Positions 19,301 to 28,136 are shown, counted from the first letter of the stretch. The stretch: 51,766 bases of DNA from Candidatus Aenigmatarchaeota archaeon (GCA_046760145.1 JBHIDO010000003.1:1-51766); one strand, 5' to 3'. A program made the numbers and translations. The notes: generated from the sequence alone by a model not told the origin.

Positions 19301-20363
19301 AACAGGTCATGATTTACAAGGTGCTTATGTTTATGTAAGAAATGTCTCGGGTATTGTTGCATCTTATAACTATTCCGAATATTATGATTTGATACCGTAT
19401 TTTATAACAGATGGTAGTGGTTGGACAAGTTATAAAAGATTCTTAGTATATCAAAATAGAACAAATAATGATTCTACAACAACAAACTTCAATGATCATA
19501 CTTTCTTTGCAAACAAAACAGGTGTAGGTAGTGGAAAGAATATAACAACAATGAACGAATCAAAAAATATTGTAATAAATGTAACTGAACATTTACCTTC
19601 TGTTAGTAATGTTTTTGTTGATGATGATGAATTACCACTTAATAACATAACTTTAATTGGAGGTTATCAAGAAGTTGTCACTTGTAACGGAACAGTTAAC
19701 GATGAAGAGGGTTATTGGGATATAGATCAAGCCTGGGCCCAGTTTTTTGATGACGATTATTCATGGGATGATTCTGATGATAATAACATGCATTATACAA
19801 ACAATAGTTGTGATTTATTTGAGGGAAGTGGGGAAAGTATCTATGCTGAATGTAAATTTTATGTGTGGTATAATGCTAATGTCTCAACAAGGTGGAATTG
19901 TAATTTAACAGTAAATGACTCCTTTAATGAAATAGGATGGTATAATGATACAAACCATATAGATGAATTGTTGGCAATAGCTGTAAATGAAACAACACAA
20001 TTTGGATCAATGAGTCCTGGTGAAACTAGTAGTGAAGATGTAAATAATACTGTTACAAATTATGGTAATATAAAAATAGATTTGAAATTAAACGGGTCTG
20101 ATATGATTTGTAGTGTAAGTGGACAAATTCAAACAGAAAAAGAACGTTATAACTGTACACATTACAATCAAAATTATAACAATATGGCAGAATTAACTGA
20201 AACTTCAACATCAGCTTATTGTACAGGATTTGATTTAAACAAAACCACAACACCAACTGGTACACCTGAAACATCAAATAAAAGTTTACCTTGGAAAATA
20301 CAAATTCCTAGCGTTAGTGGAGTTTGTAATGGAACTGTTTGGTATATTGCTATAGCTGGTTGA
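13380..20363 (+). CDS. Giant (2327 aa) surface glycoprotein/adhesin with parallel beta-helix (NosD/CASH-like) repeats
   Basis: NUMOD3-like basic N-tail, TM at about aa 98-120, two Asn-rich GIYL...NNTI..N.I repeat blocks, C-terminal domain shared with 10498-11538. Confidence 0.85.
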   Translation: MAFTKKQWEEWKRKNPEKWEERRRKLSESHKGKKLPKKHRKKISEKMKGKKKSEEHRKKISESVKKRIQEKKLKERKKIIKKPKIIHRKISFPGKLNYYFITIIIVIVLFSAIILSGTFYTALIVSEYAWAENWENKTEVIADKSMEKMTLHIIFDEYKPKDCKEGIYVTDGIQDIDFEIVNPVYVNNTCIETDIVFENLIYAPCPVCPPTTCGECIEYNLNNEKYWQQECTINYCDGTTDYECDSITSVQNCDPNITCKEYKVITNETTGIRWAECVDLILKNESQTNSSYENSTITGSAILKKKTTKTYYIYFGKKPKLEIKFDRDPQCHKCGKHKAPPLANVNMSISADFNGTLHSATFADYYHKDWIVMNANGGNIVPYNETYNKIEWYVGDIKNHVEKWYIIKSPRKETPQPPIKYYFRSDLNKMKSDWWLIIVADQFPENALDELYEPCQEFINPYCTPNNVTEGVTKNISFYWYTTGPDTWSFTFELQFNESADTEGSNEAGNSTSQAPDPIEYGANCNNGYYISVKDIYIVSCTGWNCDDNNDGTVSIYSVSEVSGTANITYEVEFCEDYARGKYFDFDQYVISAGGPWDGIPIPDSYVDQWGINIQLPPQWNNQGQSDDEINSGDVNYLWTNWTDSSDNLDWAWLSTNETTNWVNYTDITTKTYTITGSGEGNNYAYYNNSSVYSIPENSVGNEFDTNEYNNISIDDGEYANHTVQTGQYAFHHFNFSINESEETITELKILWNGISDTAEPSGKTTLWIWDGSSYGDPLASESSGPNEVSLMVTFDDAVNISNYVIDGRINIKIYSAAESGFIATDYIELNVSYGKDHTSPRVLRTYTEKLTNFTWNNTSISSGKICWKIYANDSTDPENVTNQMCFDVTVANTPPTWSNNQSYTPSTYDPNTLSEFNVTWQDSETDVDTVFIEGNWSTCQNNCTMDNLTYGGSIYNYSEVLPAGFYYWKSYANDTQGAWNVSDVWNFTIQKGSTETYLYLNDSRDNITVNETATVNFTVYTNVSGRSVELWTNYSDGNWKLWDSSNEPLMNYTKMNEVGFFKFTGNFSGDQNYTGSTETFYVTVQELYCTGSDPYDGSDDWTITGETICENEDFSLNGNLTVNSGGTLRFINTTLHVNGSSDGEYNIFVDGSMFINKSSNITNGDTATAEFRFEINSGATAFQMNDSYLSEAGWHADYPGLSVTNVNEIIIKNNTINNVYYGLNITSSNNIDILDNDIDSGWTGIYVNTNNSNISGNEIFSTNYRGIDMRSSDNNTVSYNDVDAGNAYGLYMGGSDNNTFLYNNFTSDSTGFYMYSSENNNISNNNIINNNVNGIGFYLANNNTFLNNEITGNNKYGVAIDFWSSNNTFKNNTIEGNSEGVYILQYSNNSLFINNTIKTTGSTTYAFFSENSTGTEVYNSTLISVNNLRDVNLSETGNLTFVNVDFNKSATNFEPGSTAELFVKWYVIANVTDTSNNPIQDANVTAYNVSDIDVWWNYTNATGFTNWTIIQEYWQNATNKYFQTNYTFNATKSGYVEGSEEVNVTENVQVNITLSIIGCDPPASGNWNITEADNIVCEDKIIYLDGNLTIYGNLTFLKNVTLKLNLTHNGHENITVFNNGNFTIRSQSNITSNDTSYRFPFIVKSGSKFEMKDSELHKCGFSDASPYLKTGLVIRTNNTEIINNTFSFNYWAIQLSGSTCCHEIENNTFYNNTYAVILISSFGMNNFSIVNNTVYNHTKYGISIWQTYMASPEYPIKSFINITNNTVYYTEGNTGYGISVWGLANNSVKYNKIYNNTDGIYLYIADNNTVSDNNISHSRYGIQLHFADFNNVNNNTVYNQTYGIYLYVTNSNNTIEDNEIFNNKEGIYGYEYENYNNTLKNNTIYNNDYGIYLKKDNEGNIIEKNVIYNNDDGIIFYINSNNTITDDNNISFNSRYGVVSVESYLKINVTEVENNTNGKVLFAWSSRVHAINATGHDLQGAYVYVRNVSGIVASYNYSEYYDLIPYFITDGSGWTSYKRFLVYQNRTNNDSTTTNFNDHTFFANKTGVGSGKNITTMNESKNIVINVTEHLPSVSNVFVDDDELPLNNITLIGGYQEVVTCNGTVNDEEGYWDIDQAWAQFFDDDYSWDDSDDNNMHYTNNSCDLFEGSGESIYAECKFYVWYNANVSTRWNCNLTVNDSFNEIGWYNDTNHIDELLAIAVNETTQFGSMSPGETSSEDVNNTVTNYGNIKIDLKLNGSDMICSVSGQIQTEKERYNCTHYNQNYNNMAELTETSTSAYCTGFDLNKTTTPTGTPETSNKSLPWKIQIPSVSGVCNGTVWYIAIAG

Positions 20364-20364
20364 T

Positions 20365-21630
20365 ATGAAAAAAATAATATTTCCGTTTGTTTTATTTATT
20401 TTATTCTTCATCGTGATTGTTTATGCACAAGAAACAGTAATTTCAAGGGTTACTATAGAATGTTATAATACGAGTTTGTTATTAACAACTAACAAAAATA
20501 CTTATACACCACCAGAAACAGCAAATATGACAGTTTATATTCATCATAATAGTAGTTTTCCTTTAAATGCAACTTTAATAATAGATTTGGTGGATTCTAT
20601 AGGCAATACAGTTAAAACGATGGTAAATGATGATATTTACACAGCAGCTTATAGTTGGTATAATTATTCTTATTATAATGACTTCGAGGGTGTTTTACCA
20701 GGAGATTATATAATGCGATCAAGACTTTTTTATTTTCAAGAAGAAGATAATCAAATAATAGATTGTTCAGGTAATAAAATTGAATATAATAAATCAATAA
20801 CCATAATATCAATACCACCTGGCGTAGTTGTACCTGGTTTTCCTCCACTAGAAATAGAAAATGTAACACCTAGTTTAGATGTGAGTTGTCCACCAAGAGT
20901 AGAACTAGAGGAGCCTATGGGCGTTAACTATAATATAAACAACCCAACAGAGAAAATACAACAAACCGTATTATACACAATTCTATCAAAAGAGAATATA
21001 GCTTATAAATCTGTTAAAAAAATTGTTACATTAAACCCTAAATCTTCTTATTCATGGACCGAAAATATGGGACTTGCAACATGTAGTTTGCCACAAGGAT
21101 TATACAATGTTATAGTTGTTTGGAAAAAGATTGATGGTAGACAAATAAAAGTTGAAAGTTTATTATGTTTTGAAATTCCAGAATGTAAAAAAGTAAAAAT
21201 AATAAATGTAACTCATCAATATTTTTATATAAATGAAACTGTTATTTTAGGTGTAAGGGTTAAAAACTTAGGAAATGTCAATGTATCTAATTTGTTATTA
21301 GATATTTCTATTGAGAGTTTTCTGGCAAAGGTTCATCAGGAAAAGTTTCTAATTAATTTTTTGTTACCTGACCAAACTTATACAGTTTACTTATTTAAGG
21401 AATTAAAACCTGGACCATACGTTGTAAATGTGGGATTAATTGAAAAGTCTGAGATAATAGATTCTAAAAAAGTTTCATTTATAATACCACCAAGAATAGA
21501 AATAATTGATTTAATCTTAATTATTATTATATTATTACTTGTAGCTTATGTAATAAGAAGATACATAAAAAGGTATTTGATGGAAAGGAGAAGAAAAAGA
21601 GTAATAAAATTAATAAAAAGAAGAAAATAA
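20365..21630 (+). CDS. Signal peptide + Ig/CARDB-like domains + C-terminal TM anchor
   Basis: TNKNTYTP, VKNLGNV motifs; C-terminal TM and basic tail. Confidence 0.65.
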   Translation: MKKIIFPFVLFILFFIVIVYAQETVISRVTIECYNTSLLLTTNKNTYTPPETANMTVYIHHNSSFPLNATLIIDLVDSIGNTVKTMVNDDIYTAAYSWYNYSYYNDFEGVLPGDYIMRSRLFYFQEEDNQIIDCSGNKIEYNKSITIISIPPGVVVPGFPPLEIENVTPSLDVSCPPRVELEEPMGVNYNINNPTEKIQQTVLYTILSKENIAYKSVKKIVTLNPKSSYSWTENMGLATCSLPQGLYNVIVVWKKIDGRQIKVESLLCFEIPECKKVKIINVTHQYFYINETVILGVRVKNLGNVNVSNLLLDISIESFLAKVHQEKFLINFLLPDQTYTVYLFKELKPGPYVVNVGLIEKSEIIDSKKVSFIIPPRIEIIDLILIIIILLLVAYVIRRYIKRYLMERRRKRVIKLIKRRK

Positions 21631-21996
21631 TCATAAAATTGATCCTACCTCTTCGATAGGACAAATTTGACTTCCTGTTATTTGATTACAAGCTAATTTC
21701 AGATTAGAGCAATCTAATATTTGTTTTTTACTTTGAAATTCGCACATATTTTTAATATACCACTCAATCTGAACAAGACTAATATCAGAAGATGTATCAC
21801 AATCATACTGTGCCCAATATTGGCAATTCTCTATCATCACATCTTTAAAAGAAGCACACTTATATCTTGGTCTCGTAACTTCACATTCTCCTTTAGGTAA
21901 GTAAATGGGTATAGTAACCAAAATCACAAAAATTATTAAAATTATTATTGCTATCTTGTCCATTTTTGTTAATTTAGGTATTTTTAATTTTTCCAT
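21631..21996 (-). CDS. Small Cys-rich single-TM protein
   Basis: N-terminal TM followed by 8 Cys. Confidence 0.65.
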   Translation of the reverse strand: MEKLKIPKLTKMDKIAIIILIIFVILVTIPIYLPKGECEVTRPRYKCASFKDVMIENCQYWAQYDCDTSSDISLVQIEWYIKNMCEFQSKKQILDCSNLKLACNQITGSQICPIEEVGSIL

Positions 21997-22075
21997 GATA
22001 TCACTTGTAATTCCATTTATTTAATGTTTTCCTTAAAGCATAAATTGATTATCTATAAAAAACAAATAAATTTAT

Positions 22076-22699
22076 ATGAATAATGAGGATTTGGTTGAAT
22101 TACTTAAATTAAAGGATCATTTAAAATCTAAAAAATTAGAGAAAGTTATTCTAGAAACTCCAAGAGAATATTTTGTTCCAGAAAAAATGAAAAACTTTGC
22201 TTATCAGGATATACCATTACCAATTGGATATGGTCAAACTATTTCACAACCATCTACTGTTATAGTTATGACAGAAGCACTAGATGTTAAAAAAAATCAT
22301 AAAATTTTAGAAATAGGAGCTGGTTCTGGTTGGCAAGCAGCAATTCTATCAAAATTATGCAAAAAAGTTTATACAGTAGATATAATTCCAGAATTAGTAG
22401 AAATTGCAAAAATAAATCTAAAAAAAGTTGGAATAAAGAATGTTGTCATAATTAAAGGAGATGGTTCTTTAGGACTTAAAAAATATGCTCCTTATGATAG
22501 AATTATTGTTACATGTGCTTGTCCTAATGTTCCTAAACCTTTATTAGACCAATTAAAAATGAATGGTAAAATGATAATCCCTGTGGGTAATTATTATATG
22601 CAAGAAATGTTTATAATAAAAAGGGGTAAGAAAATTGAAAGAAAATCCCTAGGAGTATTTGCATTTGTTCCATTAAGGGGAAAATATGGTTTTAAATAG
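22076..22699 (+). CDS. pcm: Protein-L-isoaspartate O-methyltransferase
   Basis: GQTISQP, LEIGAGSGW, APYDRI, FVPLRG. Confidence 0.95.
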   Translation: MNNEDLVELLKLKDHLKSKKLEKVILETPREYFVPEKMKNFAYQDIPLPIGYGQTISQPSTVIVMTEALDVKKNHKILEIGAGSGWQAAILSKLCKKVYTVDIIPELVEIAKINLKKVGIKNVVIIKGDGSLGLKKYAPYDRIIVTCACPNVPKPLLDQLKMNGKMIIPVGNYYMQEMFIIKRGKKIERKSLGVFAFVPLRGKYGFK

Positions 22700-22745
22700 T
22701 TAATTAATAATATTTATTATTAGGAAAAATAATGGAGGGTCCTAA

Positions 22746-23192
22746 ATGGCTGTTAAAAAAATTGAATTAGGAACAGTTGAAGCAAATCTTAGAAATGTAT
22801 CATCTTCTGCAGAAACAATAAGAAGATTACAAGAAGAGATAGAAACATTATCAAGAGAATATGAAAGAGAAAGAATAAGATATAGAACAGGAGAAATAGC
22901 TAAAGATGTTTTTGAAAGTTTGACAAGAGCCCATAAAAAAAGAATGGAGACAATAAACAGAAAAATTGCAGCACTAATCGTAACATCTACAAACTCATTA
23001 AATAGATTATCAACACTAGTAGCAGATCATATGCCAGCAAGAAGAACTGCAAGAAGAAGAGTAAGGAGAAGAGTAACTAGAAGAAGACGAACAACTAGGA
23101 GAAAAACTGCAAGACGAAGGACAACAAGACGAAGAACTAGAAAAAGACGAACAACTAGAAGAAGAACAAGAAGACGAAGAAGACGAAGATAA
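22746..23192 (+). CDS. Coiled-coil protein with protamine-like Arg/Thr tail
   Basis: About 95-aa helical region then about 50 aa of RRRTT-type repeats; GGAGG RBS. Confidence 0.75.
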   Translation: MAVKKIELGTVEANLRNVSSSAETIRRLQEEIETLSREYERERIRYRTGEIAKDVFESLTRAHKKRMETINRKIAALIVTSTNSLNRLSTLVADHMPARRTARRRVRRRVTRRRRTTRRKTARRRTTRRRTRKRRTTRRRTRRRRRRR

Positions 23193-23229
23193 AAATTTAG
23201 TAACTTAGAATAAATTAGAAGTCATGATG

Positions 23230-24237
23230 CTATTTTAGCCAGCTTCCCAAAGAAGTTTGCTCTTTTTTTAGATTTTTTAAAACTTTTTCAATTCTATCTT
23301 GAGAAAAATCATATTCATCAACTAATAATTTTAAAATTTTTTCTGATTTTATATTTTTAAACTTTAATTCAACTTCCTTTGTAGGAGGTTTCAAATAAAA
23401 ATTATAAATTTTCTCTGGAGAAGTTTTAGAATTCCATTCAATTTTTTTAAAAATATTTTTTAAATTTTTCTCTTTTTTAACTAGTTCCAAAGATTTTTTT
23501 GGCCCCAATCCCTTTATCCCAGGATTATAATCTGTCCCAATTAATATTCCTATTATTATTAACTGATTTCTGTTTATTTTCAATTTCTTTAAAACATCTT
23601 TTAATTCAATTATCTCTGGATTAATATCAATGTAAACATTCTTTCCAGGTAATTTCCTTTTTCCTGTTATTGATAAATTTCTAATTAATCTTGATGATCC
23701 AAATAATAATGAGTCAAAATCTTGAGAAGCTGTTGCAAAAACCTTTTTCTTTTTGCATAAAAAAGCACATTGCGCTTCTCCTTCAGAAGGAGCTTGTATA
23801 GCTGGTAAACCCATATATTTTAGCAATTCTTTTGAATTTTCAACCATATCTTCTGTTAATCTTGATGCTTGTTGTGCTGATTTTCTTATCTCTTCCAAGT
23901 CTCCTTTTTTTAATGCTTTTTTCCACTTTTTCTTAGCTTGTTTTCTAATTTCGATCCTCTCAGAAATAACAAACTTAAAATCAGGTGGTTTTCCATCAAA
24001 AACATAAATTGGTTTTATTCCAGCTTCCATTAGTTTCGCTGTTCTATAAAATATTCCTGAGAGATGTGATGTGACCCTACCTTTAGAATCCATTAAAGGT
24101 TCGCCGGTTTGCCTGTCTCTTATTATTGATAAGAATTGATAAATCCAGTTGTAAGCATCAATTGCAATTTTCTTTCCTGAAAGATTTTTTAATCCAATTT
24201 CTTTTCTCGGTAAAATTTCTTTAAATTGAACTCCCAT
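23230..24237 (-). CDS. fen: Flap endonuclease 1
   Basis: MGV start, IDAYN, TSHLSG, APSEGEAQ, GTDYN, PIP box QTSLGSWL. Confidence 0.97.
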   Translation of the reverse strand: MGVQFKEILPRKEIGLKNLSGKKIAIDAYNWIYQFLSIIRDRQTGEPLMDSKGRVTSHLSGIFYRTAKLMEAGIKPIYVFDGKPPDFKFVISERIEIRKQAKKKWKKALKKGDLEEIRKSAQQASRLTEDMVENSKELLKYMGLPAIQAPSEGEAQCAFLCKKKKVFATASQDFDSLLFGSSRLIRNLSITGKRKLPGKNVYIDINPEIIELKDVLKKLKINRNQLIIIGILIGTDYNPGIKGLGPKKSLELVKKEKNLKNIFKKIEWNSKTSPEKIYNFYLKPPTKEVELKFKNIKSEKILKLLVDEYDFSQDRIEKVLKNLKKEQTSLGSWLK

Positions 24238-24242
24238 AAGAA

Positions 24243-25772
24243 TTAATTTGAAGTACTAATATAAAAATCATCTTTTAATTTTCTTCCTGTTTTATTTTCC
24301 CACTCTTTAATTGGTAAAGAAAATTTTTCTTGAATATTATCTCTATACCATTGTGGAATCACATTAAATGCGCAAAATGGAACAATTGTCCCATCTGGCT
24401 GGGCATAATGTATACAACATCTCTTTACTCTTTCGATATCATAATTATATAGGTCCATAAAGTGCATCATTCCAATGAATAAACTTTTACGATGCAATTT
24501 TCCTAATGCATTATAATTTCTTTTTCTGAAAATATTAGTTAATAAGTTTGTTAAGTTTAATCCATTTGGTTGTTTTTCCTTATCAATAAAACTTCCAATT
24601 TTTGACAAAATTTTTAGAGAAGTCAAAACCTTAGATTTTCCAGATTTAATTTCTTCTGTTTTTTCTTTTAAATATTCTAACAATCCTTCTATATCAAAAA
24701 ATCTAGGTAATGGGATAATTTTACCATTATCAAAAAAAATGTAAGTTGCCATCCCACATGCAAAATGAGTAGACAAAGCGTATTCTGGTTTTCCAGAAAG
24801 AGTTTCAATAAATTTAGTTAATGGCATAACAGTTGGAACAGGATAAAAATCTTCTTTTCTAATTTCACCATTTGTTTGTTCTTCTATTTTTTTAATTACA
24901 TCTGGAATTGTTATCCTATATTTTTTCAGATCTGCTTTTGTAATTCTTCCCACCAAAGAAACTGGTTGATAATTAACACTTCTCACGATATCAATATTTT
25001 CTATTCCAAATTTTAATATGTCTCCAACTTCATGGTCATTAACATTATTAATAATAGTAGGAACTAAAACAATACCTAATCCAGCTTTTCTACAATTTTC
25101 TAATGCTTTGGGCATCTCCCAGTGATTTTTTGGATTAGTTCTTTCTGTTACACCGTCAAAACTCATGTAAACTGTATTAGAACCAGCTTCTCTAACTTGT
25201 CTTGCAAATTCAGGATCATTAGCCAATCTTATTCCATTGGTATTTAATTGAACGTGATCATAACCTTCTTCTCTTGCAATTTTTATAATTTCAATTATAT
25301 CGCTTCTAATTGCAGGTTCACCTCCGGTTAACTGAACCGCGTTACAAGGAACTGGTTTTTCTTGTCTCATCTTTCTTAGCATCATTCTAATTTGTTCTAA
25401 AGAAGGTTCGTAAACATAACCCATTTTCTTTGCATAAAAGAAACAATACCAACATTGTAAATCACAACGATTTGTCACGACAATATTTCCCAAAGCAGTA
25501 TGAGACTTATGGACATTACATAATCCACAATTTTTTGGACATTCTTTAAATTGGGTGTTTGGATTAGAAACTCCTTTTCCATCATAAGCAAATTTTTCAG
25601 CCTTTTTATACATCTCATAATCTCCCCAATATAAATCTATAATTTCATCATGTTCTTTACATTCTTTTTTAATCCAAACTTTATTATCTTCTTCAAAAAT
25701 GATAGCCTTTAGAAATTCTAAACATTCGGGACATAATGAAAGAGTTTCTTTTAAAACGTTCATATTAATCAT
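24243..25772 (-). CDS. tes: Radical SAM tetraether lipid synthase (Tes/MJ0619 family)
   Basis: SLCPEC...KECKEH N-domain, CPKNCGLC..H, TNRCDLQCWYCF, RCCIHY...IVPFCAFN. Confidence 0.85.
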   Translation of the reverse strand: MINMNVLKETLSLCPECLEFLKAIIFEEDNKVWIKKECKEHDEIIDLYWGDYEMYKKAEKFAYDGKGVSNPNTQFKECPKNCGLCNVHKSHTALGNIVVTNRCDLQCWYCFFYAKKMGYVYEPSLEQIRMMLRKMRQEKPVPCNAVQLTGGEPAIRSDIIEIIKIAREEGYDHVQLNTNGIRLANDPEFARQVREAGSNTVYMSFDGVTERTNPKNHWEMPKALENCRKAGLGIVLVPTIINNVNDHEVGDILKFGIENIDIVRSVNYQPVSLVGRITKADLKKYRITIPDVIKKIEEQTNGEIRKEDFYPVPTVMPLTKFIETLSGKPEYALSTHFACGMATYIFFDNGKIIPLPRFFDIEGLLEYLKEKTEEIKSGKSKVLTSLKILSKIGSFIDKEKQPNGLNLTNLLTNIFRKRNYNALGKLHRKSLFIGMMHFMDLYNYDIERVKRCCIHYAQPDGTIVPFCAFNVIPQWYRDNIQEKFSLPIKEWENKTGRKLKDDFYISTSN

Positions 25773-25829
25773 TTGAAACTTTTTAAAAGTTGTAAAAGTT
25801 TATATATTAATGAATATATAAATTTTTCT

Positions 25830-26276
25830 ATGAAAGAGATAGAAAGGGAGATATACTCAACCTTTTCAAATATAGCTTCAAGTATAGGTTATTCTGAGAT
25901 TCATGGAAGAATAATAGCAACCTTGTTAGTAAAGGGAAAGAAGTTACCTTTACAAGAATTAGCTAAAGAAACTGGTTATTCAACTTCGACCATTTCTTTA
26001 AGCCTTGATTTATTAGAAGTTTTAGGAATGATTAAAAAAATTAAAAAGGCTGGTGATAGAAAATTATATGTAGAAATTCAAGGAGATCTACTAGAAGGAT
26101 TAAAAAAGGCATTTTTGATAAGAATTCAGAAAAGTGTTGATGATACTTTAGAACAATTTAAAAAATATAAAAAGGTAAAAGATAAGAATGTAATTAATAC
26201 TCTAAATATATTAGAAAAAGAGGTTAAAAGAATAAATAAATATATTAATCTCTTATCAAAATTAAAACTACCGTGA
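25830..26276 (+). CDS. GbsR/MarR-type HTH regulator
   Basis: LAKETGYSTSTISLSL HTH and GDRKLY; start reassigned to the ATG at 25830. Confidence 0.8.
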   Translation: MKEIEREIYSTFSNIASSIGYSEIHGRIIATLLVKGKKLPLQELAKETGYSTSTISLSLDLLEVLGMIKKIKKAGDRKLYVEIQGDLLEGLKKAFLIRIQKSVDDTLEQFKKYKKVKDKNVINTLNILEKEVKRINKYINLLSKLKLP

Positions 26277-26280
26277 TGTT

Positions 26281-26412
26281 ATGAAAATGGGACTTTGTCA
26301 AGCTTGTGGAAAAGTAGCTACGCAAACCTGTAAAGTTTGTGGTGCTACGGTTTGTATCCAATGTATGGATAATATGGGCTGCAAAATTTGTCATGGAAGG
26401 AAAAAAATTTAA
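26281..26412 (+). CDS. Small zinc-finger protein (43 aa)
   Basis: Manual translation MKMGLCQACGKVATQTCKVCGATVCIQCMDNMGCKICHGRKKI, four CxxC pairs. Confidence 0.75.
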   Translation: MKMGLCQACGKVATQTCKVCGATVCIQCMDNMGCKICHGRKKI

Positions 26413-26414
26413 TC

Positions 26415-26744
26415 CTATTCTGCAGCTTCTTCTCTAACTTCTTCAGTTTCCTTTGGAGCTTCTTTAGCTGCTGGAGTTTCCTCTACAGCTTTGGTTGGTT
26501 CTTCTGGAACTGTTTCCATTATACCTTGTAAAGCTCCTATTAATCCATTCATAATTTCCTTATCAGCTGGAAATCCCAATGCGTTCTTGAATCTTTTTTG
26601 ACCATTTGGCGTAATGAATCCTTTAGAAATTGAAATGAATTCATTTTCACCTTGTTCAGTCTTAGCTACCTTTCTAGCTACTTCCAAGAACTTATTATTT
26701 CCAAACTTGATTTCTTTTATGTCCAATGTCTCGAATTCTACCAT
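26415..26744 (-). CDS. Hypothetical protein, possibly PC4/PUR-like nucleic-acid-binding fold with acidic tail
   Basis: Beta-rich core FISISKGF...KRFK; GGAGGT RBS. Confidence 0.55.
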   Translation of the reverse strand: MVEFETLDIKEIKFGNNKFLEVARKVAKTEQGENEFISISKGFITPNGQKRFKNALGFPADKEIMNGLIGALQGIMETVPEEPTKAVEETPAAKEAPKETEEVREEAAE

Positions 26745-26798
26745 GTCTTAACCTCCATTGTTTTGTAAAGTAAGAATATTGCCTTAAGTATTTAAAGG

Positions 26799-27677
26799 TT
26801 ATGTACTTACGCTTGGATTGTATGTTTCAACAGTTGTATAATAACATGGCGGATTAAGTGATCTCTCAGATTCCCAAATTCTTTTTATAGCAAGCTTTCT
26901 TTCTGATTCCTTACCTTCAATTAAAATAGATTCTGGGAAACCGTTAGTTCTATTTAGTTGTTCATAAATATTTACGACTTGTATTACACTAGAAATTAAT
27001 TTTGCAAAATCAACATCATTATTGCCTGTAGTATAAGGTGTAGAATTAAACCACAATTCTGTAATAGGTTCTTCTAATTCATCAACAGGAATTTGTGTTT
27101 GTCTAGGTATAAAAAGAGCATCAGAAATAATAGCATCATACTTTCTAACAAAATCTTGGAAATTTGATGATTCCAACCAAACTGATTCACTTCTTGTCCC
27201 GTTGTTATCAGCGTAAGACATATGAGTCTTAAAGGGCACCTTAAATAGCATATGAGTTGGAACTCCAGTTGTTTTAACAGGATAAAGTGCTTTTACAGAA
27301 GGTACACTTAAAGCATTTTTAATAAAATCGTTATACTGACTTTCTATACGATCCCCAGCATCTAGTTCTTTAGAAAGTTTTTCTGGGTCTTCTCCACTCT
27401 GAATTTTACTAACAACTTCTTTTAATTCATTTTCTGTAAAAAGACGTCTGTACCCAATGCCTGATCTCTTAAGACCAGCTATGAATTGCCCAGTTAACAT
27501 ATACATATTAGGTGGAAGATCTGAATCAGCGTCAACTTTTCTTTTAACTGGAGTTGCATACATTCTATAAGATGGTAAATCTACAACTTGTTCTCCTATA
27601 TCTTGTTTTTCTTGATAAGACTTTGCTAAAGGGTCTTCAAAACTAACCTTAGTAATAGTCATCATTTCTTGTCCCAT
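26799..27677 (-). CDS. Hypothetical protein (292 aa)
   Basis: Long ORF, no recognised motif. Confidence 0.65.
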   Translation of the reverse strand: MGQEMMTITKVSFEDPLAKSYQEKQDIGEQVVDLPSYRMYATPVKRKVDADSDLPPNMYMLTGQFIAGLKRSGIGYRRLFTENELKEVVSKIQSGEDPEKLSKELDAGDRIESQYNDFIKNALSVPSVKALYPVKTTGVPTHMLFKVPFKTHMSYADNNGTRSESVWLESSNFQDFVRKYDAIISDALFIPRQTQIPVDELEEPITELWFNSTPYTTGNNDVDFAKLISSVIQVVNIYEQLNRTNGFPESILIEGKESERKLAIKRIWESERSLNPPCYYTTVETYNPSVST

Positions 27678-27716
27678 AATAATTATTACCTAGAAGTAGT
27701 ATATAAATCTATCGTT

Positions 27717-27968
27717 TTATACAAGTGTTACAGACTCAACCTCTACCTCAGCTATCCCATCTATAGTCTTGATCTTAGCCTCTAATTCTTCTGTCCCACC
27801 AGTATCAGGAGTAATGACCAATATTTTTAGAGCTTTTAAACCAAAGGCAATTGGCTCTATCTTAGAATCCTGGATCTTAACCAATTTAGCTATTTCTTCT
27901 TTTATGTTTTCCAGATTAGTTTCTGGAGAATCAGGCATTATTTTTAATGTGATTGCTACGTCTCCCAT
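27717..27968 (-). CDS. ef1b: Translation elongation factor aEF-1beta
   Basis: LKIMPDSPE and EPIAFGLKAL motifs. Confidence 0.95.
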   Translation of the reverse strand: MGDVAITLKIMPDSPETNLENIKEEIAKLVKIQDSKIEPIAFGLKALKILVITPDTGGTEELEAKIKTIDGIAEVEVESVTLV

Positions 27969-28136
27969 TTAATCCCGACTTTTAGCAATTTCTTCTGCTA
28001 TCCTTTTTGGAAGTTTCTCTAGATTCTCTAGGTTCTTTAACTTTTCATCAATGCTTCTAAGATATTTTACCTGTTTACCAAACTCTGTAGTTAATCCTGC
28101 TTGAATTTCATATTTTTTATCTTTTTTCTTTTCCAT
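27969..28136 (-). CDS. Small hypothetical protein
   Basis: MEKKKDKKYEIQ...; start trimmed because the upstream part overlaps the zinc-ribbon gene. Confidence 0.55.
   Translation of the reverse strand: MEKKKDKKYEIQAGLTTEFGKQVKYLRSIDEKLKNLENLEKLPKRIAEEIAKSRD

Noticed and set aside
13753-20869. Many short alternate-frame and antisense ORFs within surface-protein genes
   Set aside because: Shadow ORFs of Asn/Ile-rich coding sequence
23035-23190. AGAAGA-rich repeats as CRISPR or microsatellite
   Set aside because: No repeat-spacer periodicity; explained by Arg codons. No CRISPR array was seen anywhere in the window
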